NCBI RefSeq assembly: GCF_964194025.1
Contig: NC_134468.1
Location: forward strand, 75,206,001-75,270,000
DNA: 64,000 nt
DNA from: Convolutriloba macropyga
Taxonomy: Eukaryota
Direction: 5' to 3'
In this document: positions 49,701 through 62,301 of the stretch, one piece after another
How the letters are laid out: the number at the start of each line of letters is the position of its first letter
How positions within the stretch are numbered: position 1 is the stretch's first letter
Translations under genes and position numbers: made by a program
The notes under the pieces: model-generated
What the model was told of the DNA's origin: nothing
Database searches by the model: none
Seen by the model: the letters and a program-made list of their open reading frames with translations, nothing else

Positions 49701-52700
49701 CTGCCCAACTTGTTTCCATGCAAACTTCTAATCCTAAAATGGATTCAATCAGGAACAAAATGTTGCAAGTCATATCGATGCAAAGTGTACATCAAACGCA
49801 GTTGATAGAAGCTAAATTGGAGGAACTGATCAAAAAAGTGTCTCTTGAGAAACTAGAGACGGATATTGCTGACCTGAGAGATAAATTTCTAAAAGAGTGT
49901 TCTAGTGTTATCGTGAGTGACAGTGAAAGTGCTCAAACTCATAATATAGAGTATATTTTGTGGAAAACGGCATTCTATCCTCTGATTGAGAGGCTGCGCA
50001 ACCAGAAAAACAACACCTCATTCAAATACAGAGCTGAAGACTTGTTGCACAAGTATTTGAAAGATGTAAGACTTGATGCCTATCCGAGGCAGGAATCATT
50101 TAAAATTTTTATTATTATGCCACTTAACTTTCGATTGTGGATTAAACAATAAGGATAGATCTGATCATTTGGTTCTTCAATAATCAAATGTTATCTGCAC
50201 AAATTGTCACCAATTTACGATCGTAACGATCTGTTCCAAATTTTCAAGCTGGGCAGAATTTCTCAAAAATTGTTCGATGGAGTTTTTTTGCCGGATAATG
50301 CGAATGTCATCGAAACCTTTTCAATCTTCACATGCTTAAAAAAGCGATCAAAAGTTTGATTCCTTTGTCCAAAATTGTGGGAATAAGACCTGCTCTTGAA
50401 ACGATGAAACCTTGATTTTGTATAAGATTAATTTTGGTTAAAAATTCAGTATTGCAGAAAAAGCGATGATGTTTTTAGGGCATTGCGTGTTACAATTCTC
50501 TTTTGACTGACCTCCAAACCGTGCAGAATATCAACCTCTCCATGTACACTACCCCTGAAATGCAGCTCAGGCTAGGCCACATTCCAAAGAAGACTAGATT
50601 CGCCATGAACTCTGCCTTCAAACTCCAGATAGGGCTGGGAGACTTGCATAGGTACCTGGAGAATGCCCAGGGAAACCAAGATTTCACACTAGCCAAACAG
50701 TGAGTACAGGTATCATTAGCTATCATGTGCCGGCGGTATTTTGAACGAACTGAAAAGATCACGAGATAACAATTCACAAGAACTTAGAAACCGATTTCTC
50801 CAGTTTTTGTCTACTGCTGAAAACAAACAAGCACTATTCTGAATTATAAGGTATTCGAGAAAAAAATTGAACCTTAGAAGAATTCACAAGAACAATTCAC
50901 AAGAAACTGACGCTCAAATAAGTTCTTTACATCACCGTCAATTTGCGATGAGGTACACTAAATTGTTCAATTTCTCCAGCTTTCCTGATAAATAATGGGG
51001 TCCTTGCAATCACGTAAAAGTGCATTTCTTCGAAAGGCAAGGCGTTATTTAGCTGTACTTCTGTCGCAAATCTATTGAAATGCTTTTGGAATTGATTGCG
51101 GATTGTTAGGTTTTTCTCAAAAAAAGTTTGTTGGAATTAATTTTTATCCTGTTGGTCTTTCTGCTTAAGCGATTTTTCCCACACCCGATTATTTGTCTGG
51201 CCGACGAATTTTCGAGACGCTTAACTGGTTGAGTCCGAAGGCATAATGTACTTGTCTGAGATTTACGGGTCTTTTAATGCGAATTTCAAGTTTGGAGTAC
51301 CCCTTCCCAGTTTTTAACGTGCATCAGCCCCCCAAAATGTAGTTTCCAGCCTTATGAAGCCAAAGTTTTTTTTACTATCAACACCTGATCCGTTGCTTGA
51401 GAGTTATTTGTTCGACCTAAGTCAGTTGTTATTTTCCAACAAATAAAAGTACTCTTGGATGCAGGATTTATAGTATGTGCGGCGCATGTGCATACTTTAA
51501 AAAGTATTAACAAAGCCATTGATTTCAGAGCCTACACAAGTGCTCACAACCTCCAGCCGAAGAACGGTCGCGCCTTCAATCAGCTAGCCATCATATCGTG
51601 CCAACAGGTCAGTTGTCCTAGTCTATATGCAAGCATTTCAGGTCAAGTTTATTTCTCACCAGATCCTTATGTTTAGAAGCGAAGGCTGGAAACTGTATAC
51701 TACTACATTAGAAGTCTGGCGGCCCAGGAAGATTTTAAAGGTATGTATACTTACTTTGCTGGTTTGACGATGAGACTTGGAATAATTAAAACGAATGGTA
51801 TTGTTTATCGCATGACCTGACAGTAAACGTTTTGCAATTTATGCTGAACAATTGCAGTTGAAATGAAGCAATCTTTAACCAAGAGCTAATCTCGAACTTG
51901 GGCATGGCTTTCGAAGGCGAAAAATAGCTATCATGTTCTTCTTGACCATGACGCGGCCCTCGGTTTGTTTCAATTAATAACAGTGGTAGCTAAGCGGATT
52001 TTTTGGCAGTCTTGGTTCTATTTTGTCGTCATTATTGCTTTGCAGCTTTCCGTTAAGTTTTAGCTATATTAAACCTAATCAAAATGAAAATGCGTCTGAG
52101 AATAGAACTGCCTGGAATTAATTTTTTGTATGGAACTATGTTTTGGTGCTCCCGAATGTTGTTTGGATGCACCTTGTAATGTAATTTGTTGTATAGCTGC
52201 GAAGGAGAGTCTGAATCTGATGTTCGAAGAAGTGGCCAAGAAGGTGAAGGGGACTCAGCAGCAACAGCAGAAGGCCATCGAAGACAAGATAAATAAGCAG
52301 AAGAAAGACATTCTAGCTCTATACAAGAGCAGAGGGCGTCTCTTGTGGGTTAGAGACACTAACAATGGTGAGTATCGAGGTAGCTTAAATAGAATAGATT
52401 GATAGCTGACCCTCACAATGTTTCGAAGTATCTTTTTGCAAACTTCTTGGTTAGCCTTTTCTTTTGTATGAATTATTAATAGCCGCGTCACCAATTCTAG
52501 GGGGCTATTATTGCGCTCCTGTTTTTTTTACAATTCAAAGATTTTGAATTGTATTGCGGCGCGCGCTGTCTTTTTTTTACGACTCGAAGAGGAGTATTGT
52601 TTTCTCTCGGTCTTTTTTTTACAGGAAGTAGATTTGTTCACGCGGCATTTTGACCTAAAAGCAAAAGTGAGAAAAGATGTCTCGGTGAAAAGATTTTCGC

Positions 52701-55700
52701 TAAGCGAGAAAAGTTTTTTGATCATGCGCTGCGTTCAGTGAATGACTTTTTGACTTTGAAAAGTAGTTTTTGACTAAATGGCACATATAGATAAACGTTT
52801 GTAGCCGTTTTTTCTTCTAAGTGGCCCTATTTTTTGCTTTAAATTTGATTTCTTGTAGAAATAAATTTTATTCGATGCTATATTGAAATGTCAACCTCGG
52901 TAATTGATGCCACAGTGTTTTGCAGAGCCTGAAAATGCGTTTCAAGTTGAAAATTGGCACATATTTCTTGATTTCTTAGTTATTTTTTTGGCTTTTTTCT
53001 ATTAATTTCCTTATTTTTGGATCTTTTAGCCGTCTTTGTGTCAGAAATCAGTTAATAGTGCAACTTCTCTTTGATAATTCATATACTCAACGCCTCTTTC
53101 TACCTCGATGTAATTTTGTTTAATAAAATTGTACATATGCTAATCCGATTTTAGTTTTTTTTCGATTTTCGTCAGTTTTTTTTGTATTTCGGTAGTAATT
53201 GGTAGAAAAAGTCTTTTTGTGCAACATGAGGGAATCTAATTTCGTTTCAATAAAAATTTGATCAATTTTTTGCGTTAAGTTTTTGAAAAACAGTTAAAAC
53301 TTTTTCATAAATGCAGTCTTAAAAGTTTTTTGACCATTTTTTTTGCAAAATGTTTCAATGTTTCGTATTTATGAATTCTGCTTTTTCCTATTTTTTTTTC
53401 TCTTAAGGAGGATAGATCTTTGTATCGGATGACTAGTTATCCTTTCTATGTCTTGAGTGCTTAACAATGAAATGTATTCGTTTTTCTTGAATTTTTAAAA
53501 TTGATTTTTAACTTTCAAAAATCAAGAATGTCTTTTTGTTACGGTGTTCCTTAGATTGTGCCCATGTTCTTCAAATTCTAGTTAGTATCATTCTAGGTAT
53601 GTTCTGGCACCTACATTTTTTCGGTATATTAATTTTTTCAGTTGTTAAAAATGAATGATTTCAGATTTTTCTTAGATTTTCGTCATTTCTTTGGTTTGCA
53701 GTTGATGTCATTCAACCTAAGGCAGTACTGAGGGTTTGATAGCAAGCCTTCTTCAAAATTTCCACTTATGACTATTTAATGCAACTTTCTTCCGGCCTTG
53801 GTATGATTTTAAACGATTTGTTGCCTTTGAATATTCTTCTGCTGCTTATGTTTTTTCTATGATCAATTTAATTTTTGAATTAGTATGTTGTCTAGCATAT
53901 GTTCAACAAGGAACAAGTGTGTGTTGTTTTTTCTTAACTGCAGTGATTAGAATTGTAATTAAAGGTGTTTTCAGATTCTTAAATTTGAGCTTTGTTTTTT
54001 GAAAATTTTTTTTAGTTTCTAAGATTATTATCTGCCGTTTGCTTTCGCGTTCTTTTTTGGATTGGAATCATGAGTTATTTGGGGGCAAATGATAACATTG
54101 GCAGCTTTTTCAGACTATCAGATTTTTGACCACCTTAATTATTTCGGTTTTTTAACGTTTTCAATAATATAAAATTTTGTTTCTCTTGGTGACAGTGGTT
54201 TAAGTTTCAACCAATTTTTAGAGCAGACCTGGAGAAGCAGTGAGTTAATGGTTTAATACAAATGGTAGTAGCTTCAGCTGCAATTACGGTTTTTTCAGTG
54301 AACTTTTGACGCTTCGAGTTGCTTCCTGAATTCTTCCGGCTATGTTTTTTTTTACCGGAAGTACTATTCGTTCAGACGCTGTTTTGACCTAAAAGCGAAA
54401 GTGAGTAAAATTGACGTGTGAACTAATTTTTTCTGAGCGAGAGAAAATTTTTGATCATGTGCTGGGTTTAGTGAATGACTTTTTGACTTTGCAAAGTTGT
54501 TTTTGACTGAATGGCACATATAAATAACCGTTTTTTTGCTGTTTCATCGTCTAAGTGGCCAAATTTTTTTTGCGCGTATTTAGTTTTTTTGTAGAAATAA
54601 TTTTTATTCGATGCTATATTGAAATGTCAACCTGGGAAATTGATAACACAGTGTTTCGCAGAGACTGAAGATGCGTTTCAATTTCAAAATTGTCACATAT
54701 TTCTTCATTTTTTAGTTAATTTTTGTCTTTTTTTCTATTAATTTCTTTAGTTTTGGATCTTTTAACCGTCTTTTTGTCCAAAATCAGTTAATATGGCTAC
54801 TTCTTTTTAATAATTCATATACTTAACGCCTCTTTCTACCTCGATGTTATTTTGCTCTATAAAATTGTACATATGCTAATTCGATTTTGGTAGTTTTTTT
54901 CGATTTTTGTCGGTTTTTTTGTATTTTGGTTTAATTTACTAGAAATAGTATTTTTGTGCAACATAAGGGACTATATTTTCGTTTCAATAAAACTTCAGTC
55001 ATTTTTTGGCGTTAAGTTTTTGAAAAAATTGTTAAAACTTTTTCATAAATGCAGTCTTAACTTAAAGTTCTTTGACCATTTTTTTGCAAAATGTTTCAAT
55101 GTTTCATATGTTTGAGTTCTGCTTTTTCATAATTTTTGTTCTTTTTTCTGGACGATAGATCTTTTTATCGGATGACTCGTTATCTGTTCTATTTCTCGAA
55201 TACTGAACAATGAAATGTCTTCGTTTTTCTTGATTTTTTTTCAAATCGGTTTTTTACTTTCAAAAATCAAGGATGTCTTTGTTTAGGTGTTCCTTACATT
55301 GTGTCCATATTCTTCACATTCTAGTTAGCAGCATTCTAGCTTTATCCTGGCACCTACATTTATTTTTGTTATATTGATTTTTTGGTAGTAAAAAATTGAA
55401 TGGTTTAAGCTTTTTCTTAGATTTTCGTCATTTCTTTGGTTTGCAATTGATTTCATTCAACATAAAGCAGTACTGAGAGTTTGTTAGCAAGCTTTTTCCA
55501 AAATTTCCACTTCTTACTGTTTACTGCAACTTTTAAACGGTTTTTTGCCTTTGAATATATTTCTGCTGCTTATGTCTTTTCTATGATCAATTTAGTTTTT
55601 GGATTAGTATGAAATCATGTTGTCTAGCATATGTACAACAGGGAAGAACTATGTTGTTTTTTGTCTTAATTGCAGTGATTAGAATTCTGGTTGTAGTGGT

Positions 55701-58700
55701 TTTCTGATGCTTAAATTTGAGCATTCTTTTTGAAAAACTTAACTTAGTTTCTTGATTATTATCTGCCGTTTGCTGTCGCGATCTTTTTGAGATCAGAATT
55801 GTGAACTATTTGAGGGCAATTGATAGCCCTGTCAGCGTTTTCAGTTCATCAGGTTTTTGTCCATCTTAAATATTCGGACTTTTTAACGTTACCAAACGTT
55901 TTCAATAATACAAAATTTTGTTGCATTTTGTTTCTCTTGGTGAGTGGTTTAAGTTTCACCAATTTTTAGATCAGACCTGGGGAGGTAATGAGTTAAAGGT
56001 TTAATAAAAAAGGTAATGGCTTCCGCTGCAAATACGGTTTTGTTTGTGAGGCTCTGACGACGCTTCGAGTCGCTTCCGGAATTACACCGGCTATTTTTTA
56101 AGATCTTCACACATTTTAATGATTTTTGAAGTTAAATTGGAGTAGTGATTTTGGTCACGTCGAAACAGGAAATGACGAAAAAGCGAATAGCTTTGCGGCC
56201 TGAATTGTTTTAGCTCTAATTTTAAAGTAGAGTGAGAAAACGGTGTTCGAACAAAAATTCGCTTTCTCCAGTGGTTTTTTTGTTCACTTTCGGCAATTTC
56301 ACTTAGGTTTTCACTTTTTTCAATTTTTTGGATAGGATTTGTTTTCTAAATGGTTTTTCCAATCCATTCATGGTTCAATCTAGGCCTAGTTTTTTTGTAT
56401 GAAACAAATTTGCATTTCTGGTTTATGGTTTTTTTTCACATGCGGCATTTTGACATTGATTTTCTGTTTTTTTTTAATCCTTTTTTTAGAAATGATTTTC
56501 CCAATTCACTCACGGTCTGTTCCAGGTATAATTTTTTTTGTTTAGTCCATTAAAATACTTTGAATTGTGCGTCAGGACTTCTCCTGCTATGTTTTTAATA
56601 GCCGCCCTCATCTTCTCAGCCGGCTATTATAGCGCTCCTATTTTTTTTACTTCGTCGAACTTTTCGCTTTACCATTTTGCCGCTTTTTCAGCATTTTCCG
56701 TGAAATCTTTTTGACTTCTCTAGGCTAGTTTCTCTCTTCTCTCATTATGCTAAAAGTGAGTTTGAACATCAGTTGTTCAGCAATTCAAAATGAACAGAGT
56801 CAGTATAAAAAATTGAAGTCAGAAGTAGAAACGGGATAAACCCATAAAGCCCAATTTTAGATGCCCGCTATTTGAACGTCGTTCCTATAAGTCTTAGTTA
56901 CCATCTCTTATGTTTATTGGTATTGATAGTAGCCCCTGTAGCCTCTCTCTAAGAAACAGAAGTATGTTCAACCACGAAATGCCATCAAAATAAATCGGAC
57001 ATAAAAAATATTTTTGTACAAAAATCTTTTTTTTTCGATATCTTCTATTCTTTCAATCCCAATCATGCTTATTGGAATCAACGGTGGCTATTTTCCGGCA
57101 ATCTGCCGGGTATCTTTTTAAGACCTGTTCACACAATTTCATGTTTTTTGAAGTCCAACTGGAGTAGTGATTTTGGTCCGAAACAGGAAATGACGAAAAA
57201 GCGAATGGTTTTGCGGCCTGAAATGTTTTAGCTCTAATTTTAAAGTAGAGTGAGAAAACGGTGTTCGAACAAAAATTCGCTTTCTCGGTAGTGTTTTTTT
57301 CTGTTCACTTTCGGCAATTTCACTTCGGTTTTTACTTTTTTCAATTTTTTGGATAGGATTTTTTTTCTAAATGGTTTTCCCAATCCATTCATAGTTCATT
57401 CTAGGCCTAGTTTTTTTTGTTAGAATCAAATCTATATTTCTCGCTAGTGGTTTTTTGTTCTCCCTAGCGGCATTTTGACATTGATTTTCTGTTTTTTATC
57501 TGATTTTTTTGGAAATGGTTTTCCCAATTCACTCATAGTCCGTTTTAGCTCCAGCTTTTTGTTTAGTCAATGAAAATTCTTTGAATTGTACGTCAGGACT
57601 TGTCCTGCTATGTTTTTACTTCGTCTAACAGATTTTTGTTTCGTCTTACCAACTGACTTCTTGGAATTGACTTTTTCAATGACAATGACTTCAGTGACTT
57701 CTACTTCTTTGCAGTCAAAATTTGTATGCGTGACGTCATTTCTGCTTTTAGGTCAATTGCGTGAATTATCTCACTAAAAAATGACTTCTGAACTCACTTA
57801 TGGAACTTTAAATTTTATGAACATTTAAAGACCAATAGTGGACATCTAAGTAGTGCCAAACTTATATGCCCTAATTCTTGAGTATTAGTCCCAAAAAGTC
57901 TAGTGGTCTATTAAAGGACTGGTGGTTGATAGATATGTCTATCTTATTTCATTAGTTGTTTCAATTCATGGAAGGCCAAAAGCGTCTATCGCGGCTATTT
58001 TCCGGCAATCTGCAGGATATGTTTTCTATATTTGGGTTTGATGCTTTTTTGAACCAACCACCTAAACTTAAAAGTAAGATAAACTTTGTGCAGATGTTGC
58101 TCATAGCCGTTTTCTGGCATACTGTACTTGACGGAAAAGTTGAAAGATGAGGTGCCCTTTGCATTTATTAATGTAAATGAACGCGATGTAAAAACATTCT
58201 CAGTTAAGTTTGTTAATAGTTCGGTATTTTGGTACAGCTGCAGACGGAATGAGATCTCATCAGTCATCAACTTCTGCATCGGCTGAAGACGTGAACGAGC
58301 TGAACAAGCAGATTCGCTCACTCACTGCAAGTGTTCACAAAGAGACTCTCATGCAGATGGAACACACTGAGGTCAGAATTAACACAAATCACACTTAAAA
58401 TTGTTGTAACCCAGACCTTGTATGTGAAGCTGACAAAGTTACTAGTACAGCAAAGTTTTCGTGTAATGGTAGCATGTAAGGGCATGGTTCCGAAATGGAG
58501 CGTTTCAGCTCTGTAGGCACCGATTTTAAAACTAGCGAATAGATTTATCTGATAGAACGTCTAGGTTGTTGCAAATCATATGATAACATTTTCCTCTCGA
58601 GCACCGTTTTTAGCAATATAATCATTATAATAGTTACAAGAATTACTGGAATTTGATAAAAACGAGATTGAGACTGTTAGTTATGTATGAAATCGAGATT

Positions 58701-61037
58701 GTTGGGCATAGGAGTGGATCATTACAGTAATTTGCAAACAACTGTCCGGCTGGGTATTAATTGTTGCGAAGAAGTGTATTTATTTGTGTGTGGAAAGACA
58801 AATGGCAATGTCTGACTTGTTTCAGCCTAAATTTGCTGAATGGGTAATGTGAATTTTGAGCTAATCTTCCTGCTGCTGTTCTCTTTAGTTTCTATTTGTG
58901 ATAATGACAATTATTGAAATCAGAACAAATTTAATCTGACTGTTACCATGATTAGTGTTGAACAGACTTGACTTGTGTTGTTTCAGCTCAACAAGCAGGC
59001 TGTCCTCAGTTCTCTCAACATTCAAGGCATTCTCTTCACAGGAATTGGGTGAGACAATTTGATGAACTTTTCTGGCGATGTAGACATTTGATCTCATCGT
59101 ATACCATGATGGGTTTCCCCGTTACATTGAACTCTGCATAAGCAAATTGCTTAAAACTATTGGCTCGAAACCAAAGTCCAACTACTGGCTGTTTTGACTT
59201 CGAATTTATTTGCTTTAAAAATATATGTAAATTTCCGAGCTTTGTTTTCGGTGCATTAAAAGCAGGAACCTTCGTGTTTTTCGTTAAACAAAATTTTCCC
59301 TGTTGATTGCTTTTGTGTTCCGATTTTTCGTCTGACCCATTTGATTTTTGGTCCTGAAAAACAGAATAAACTGGTAGCGCCCAGCGGGCATTAAATTCTC
59401 TTAGGGCATTAAATTCTCTCGTAGGCTCAAGTATGCGATTCACAGAAACTGTTTTGAAAACTTATACTTATGAAGGGCGGTTCTTAGAGGTTGACCCCCC
59501 ACGTCAGCCCCCCTTTCACTGAGACTTGATTTCTGACTTACCTCACTCACTGCTTCAACTGAATGGATTTTAAATTTTTTTTCACTCATTGAATTGCGAA
59601 ATGTCAAAAGATCAAAATATAAAGAAACTGTTAAGCGTGGTCATAACGTCGTAGTGCATTAGGTTGTCAAAGTTATTGGAGTGATTGCTGACTGACCGCA
59701 GTATTCAGCCTAATAGCCTTCAGTTCAGAAGTTGAATTAAGTATTGATTTAGAGTCTAACTGAAACTTCAAACTGAATTAAAACGTTTTTTGAAACTTCG
59801 AAAAAATTCTGTCAAAATCTATCTTTTTTTGTGTTTCAATCCCGATGTGCGTCAAGCGCGTCAACGGTGGCTGTTTTCTGGCAACCTAACGGCTTTGTTT
59901 CACTCTGATACTAATTTCCATGCAATTTTGTCTTTGGATATTTACATTTATCCTGTTCTTTTGGTCTCTTATTGATTTATCTTATCAATGACAGTTCCCA
60001 TTTGCGTTAAAAAGAAGCCCAATTTAACGTATAGAGTGTTGAAACATGTATAAAGTTTTAAGTGAATAGCTTACGATTTTAATGGCTTCGACAGAAATTT
60101 TAATTGATTTTCGCCCTGATTGATTCTTTTATGACGCTGACACTATAAAAATGAGTTTTCATAAAAATGTTACCGGTCAATATTTGTGGTTCTTTTTAAT
60201 GTCACAGGACTTGATGATCAAATACGGCCCACAAAACTTTTCATCGAATGGCTTTTGGTTTTAAGTGCTTCAACAGTTTTCTTAAATTTTAGAAATCAAA
60301 TCAAACTAAATTATTTGGAGGTTTTGTGTCTTGCCTGTATTTGTTTTTTTGTCTTAGAGCTTAGTCGCACTAATGGCAGGTCCTATTTGGCTTCCTAAGA
60401 TTCCTTCTTCTTAAGATGGCTCTACGGGACTCCACTTAGCTTTTTTCTACCTAGTATTTTTTTTAGTTTTACGCTGATGGTTGTTAAGACTATTGAAATT
60501 TTTCCGTTTACAAATTTTATGGGTGTTTGAGCTCTGACGCTATTTCTCTAATGCGGCCTTATTTAATCCTTTGTTCCTATTGTTTACGGAGGATGTGATT
60601 TCTGAAAGTTTCCCATATCTTCCTTTTTTGGTAGACAATTAAGTCTGAGGAACATTATGTGCAAACACACAATACCGAGCCCCCTTGTATTTTTCAGCTT
60701 CATTCATTAGAAACTAAGTTTGATTTTCGTCAAATTTAACACCTAATGATCCAATAAACAAGCAGATGTGGCTATTAAATATTAGAATAAAGACACAATA
60801 ATCATGCACTTTCAACTCCTCTCGCTTGGGGTTTATATATGCCATTAAATTACCTTTTGACTTACCTCGAATTAGGTGTGTACATGTTTAGGTTGGATTC
60901 GTTTGGAACTCTGTTCGCTCAGGCGCAGGAGGAGTTCCGCATTCTCCTCAGTCACAGACCAGTCAGCATGCCCGAGGACAAACTGCTCCAACTCATCACC
61001 ATCAACACATTCGCCGTATACAACACTGCCAAAAAAG
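43041..61037 (+). CDS. SMG6: SMG6 / telomerase-binding protein EST1A (NMD endonuclease), 5' partial gene model: join(43041..43146,46845..49087,49565..50065,50479..50699,51529..51607,51677..51740,52197..52367,58238..58371,58987..59048,60892..61037); continues beyond the window
   Basis: All ten exons have GT/AG boundaries with matching phases (1,0,0,2,0,1,1,0,2,1). Translation gives EST1/TPR motifs in SMG6 order: HNIEYILWKTAFYPLIERLR, GLGDLHRY, AYTSAHNLQPKNGRAFNQLAI, KRRLETVYYYIRSLAA, AKESLNLMFEE, LNKQAVLSSLNIQGILFTGIG, EFRILLSHRP...LLQLITINTFAVYN. The long disordered N-terminus with an EJC-binding-like motif and LYDP motifs favours SMG6 over SMG5/SMG7. Confidence 0.9.
46511..46741 (+). mobile_element. 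tRNA-derived SINE in SMG6 intron 1
   Basis: Head with A-box-like TAGCTTTTTGA, anticodon-arm-like GACTGCTATC and B-box-like GGTTAGAACCC; unrelated body; ends in (TA)n. Confidence 0.6.
46742..46797. repeat. (TA)n microsatellite
   Basis: ~27 nearly perfect TA units; produces the spurious YIYIYI ORF extensions. Confidence 0.97.
46845..49087 (+). CDS. SMG6: SMG6 large exon: R/S/Q/N/P-rich disordered N-terminal region
   Basis: Core of the 794-aa ORF 46754..49138; acceptor ctctttttgcttag, donor AGA|GTAAGT at 49088. Confidence 0.88.
49565..50065 (+). CDS. SMG6: SMG6 exon, start of EST1/TPR domain (alternative in-frame acceptor at 49574)
   Basis: Acceptor ctctttttcag, donor GAT|GTAAGA; encodes HNIEYILWKTAFYPLIERLR. 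Confidence 0.9.
50479..50699 (+). CDS. SMG6: SMG6 exon (GIACYNSLLTDLQ...GLGDLHRYLE...AKQ)
   Basis: Acceptor gtttttag, donor CA|GTGAGT (phase 2). Confidence 0.9.
51529..51607 (+). CDS. SMG6: SMG6 exon (AYTSAHNLQPKNGRAFNQLAIISCQQ)
   Basis: Acceptor gatttcag (phase 2), donor CAG|GTCAGT; PxNGRxxNQLA is the EST1 signature. Confidence 0.9.
51677..51740 (+). CDS. SMG6: SMG6 exon (KRRLETVYYYIRSLAAQEDFK), missed by the ORF track
   Basis: Follows a 69-nt intron; acceptor gtttag, donor G|GTATGT. Confidence 0.9.
52197..52367 (+). CDS. SMG6: SMG6 exon (AAKESLNLMFEEVAKK...LWVRDTNN)
   Basis: Acceptor ttgttgtatag (phase 1), donor G|GTGAGT. Confidence 0.88.
52645..56098. repeat. Tandem duplication, two ~1.73 kb T-rich units (52645-54350, 54378-56098), in SMG6 intron 7
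   Basis: TTTTGACCTAAAAGC(A/G)AAAGTGAG starts both; GACGCTTCGAGT(T/C)GCTTCC..GAATT...CCGGCTAT ends both. Confidence 0.92.
56100..57620. repeat. ~500-bp direct repeats (56100-56595 and 57120-57620) flanking the HINE-like unit; diverged copy near 61460-61650
   Basis: GGAGTAGTGATTTTGGTC...GAAACAGGAAATGACGAAAAAGCGAAT...GTCAGGACTT(C/G)TCCTGCTATGTTTTTA in both. Confidence 0.88.
56596..57119 (+). mobile_element. Helentron/HINE-like non-autonomous element
   Basis: 5' TAATAGCCG...CGGCTATTA hairpin after a T run; 3' GTGGCTATT (inverted copy of the 5' motif), then stem-loop CCGGCA-ATC-TGCCGG and a T run. Confidence 0.6.
58238..58371 (+). CDS. SMG6: SMG6 exon, variable linker (AADGMRSHQSSTS...MEHTE); alternative acceptor at 58244
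   Basis: GC-richer coding-like island; phase-1 acceptor ggtacag and phase-0 donor GAG|GTCAGA bridge the flanking exons. Confidence 0.72.
58987..59048 (+). CDS. SMG6: SMG6 exon (LNKQAVLSSLNIQGILFTGIG), missed by the ORF track
   Basis: Acceptor tgttgtttcag, donor GG|GTGAGA (phase 2); resembles the SMG6 segment LNKRFILSFLHAHGKLFTRIG. Confidence 0.88.
60892..61037 (+). CDS. SMG6: SMG6 exon (LDSFGTLFAQAQEEFRILLSHRPVSMPEDKLLQLITINTFAVYNTAKK)
   Basis: Phase-2 acceptor atgtttag; the only plausible donor is the weak AAG|GTCCCC at 61038. Confidence 0.85.
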
Positions 61038-62139
61038 GTCCCCCAATTTATATTTCAGAGCTCGTTTTTCAGACCTAAAGATATAAGCAGATATCGAGAA
61101 TTACTTTCCCAAATATTTATTTTGAATATATCCGTCGTAGGATCACCTGCGATTTCTGGTGGTGTTTCTAGCAGCTCTACTTGGATAGAATAGTGGGGGA
61201 AAGTTTAAGGATCTTGGAGTTCGATAATTCATCTGGACATCTCTTTGAAGCTAAATTTAAGTTCAATTTGATTTTATCATAGCGCTTACATGTTCAACAA
61301 CTCTTATTGTTGCAACCCGCAATATTTATTTTCGTGTTAGGAACTTATACCAACCAGACTTTTTTAAATAGCCGCGAAGCGATAGCTAGGGCGGCTATTA
61401 TTGGTTGTCTCTTGGTTTTCTAATCCGAAGGGTTTGGATTGTGTTGCTGCGTTGGCTTAAGATCTGTACACACATTTTTCGACTTTTTAATGCCAGTGAG
61501 AGGGCAAATTGGAGTTGTAATTTCAGTCACGCTGGGTTATTAAAGGGAGCGAAAAAGCGAGTAGGATTGAAGCGTGTTCATTTTCAAACTACTTTCGAAA
61601 ACTGAATGAGAATTTGATGTTTGGACAAGCATTCGATTTTTATGAGTGAAAATGTCAGTTGCTCTCGAGCGATGTTTGAAACAATTTTTGTAAACGTGTT
61701 GACCTTTTTATGCAGAATTATTGCTTGACCGTTATAAGTTTACGAGTGACTTTTACACCCTTAATTGTCCGTTTTGCGTGATCTAAAATTCTATCATTCA
61801 CAAGCGTCAGCAGCTGAACTCAGTGGCGTAAGGGTACTGCTAAAAGTAGAATGAAACGTAATTTTTCACTTTAATTATTTTAGTGGTTAAAGTTTATATA
61901 TTAACGTCTGGGGATGTCACTTGAAACCTCTCTTAGTAAATATAGTTACTCCCCCGAATGAAACAGGCTGCAGTAGATTCCAGCTCCTACTAATCGCGCC
62001 AGAACAATTCTTCTGATGTTAGCCGGTTGCTTCTCACGTGGAAGTTTGACTTCTGTGTTCATAGTTTTTCTCTTGAGTGCTGTTCAAAATGGTACACAAA
62101 TGGTGTATTAGTTGCGCATAATTGCTATTGCTTGGATCA

Positions 62140-62301
62140 CTTCATTGGGCGACTACCGTTTTTATTACTTTGACACTATTTGTCGTTATAAAATAATAGT
62201 GAATTTTCAATATATTTGCCCTTCATTGGGCGACTACCGTTTTTATTACTTTAACACTATTTCTCGTTATAAAATACTAGTGAATTTTCAATATATTTGC
62301 C
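62140..62301. repeat. Recent 81-bp tandem duplication
   Basis: CTTCATTGGGCGACTACCGTTTTTATTACTTT...ATATATTTGCC twice, with 3 substitutions seen. Confidence 0.95.

Noticed and set aside
61141-61193. Next SMG6 exon after acceptor-like tccgtcgtag
   Set aside because: Reads GSPAISGGVSSSSTWIE then stop, with no SMG6 similarity; the true next exon is probably beyond the window.
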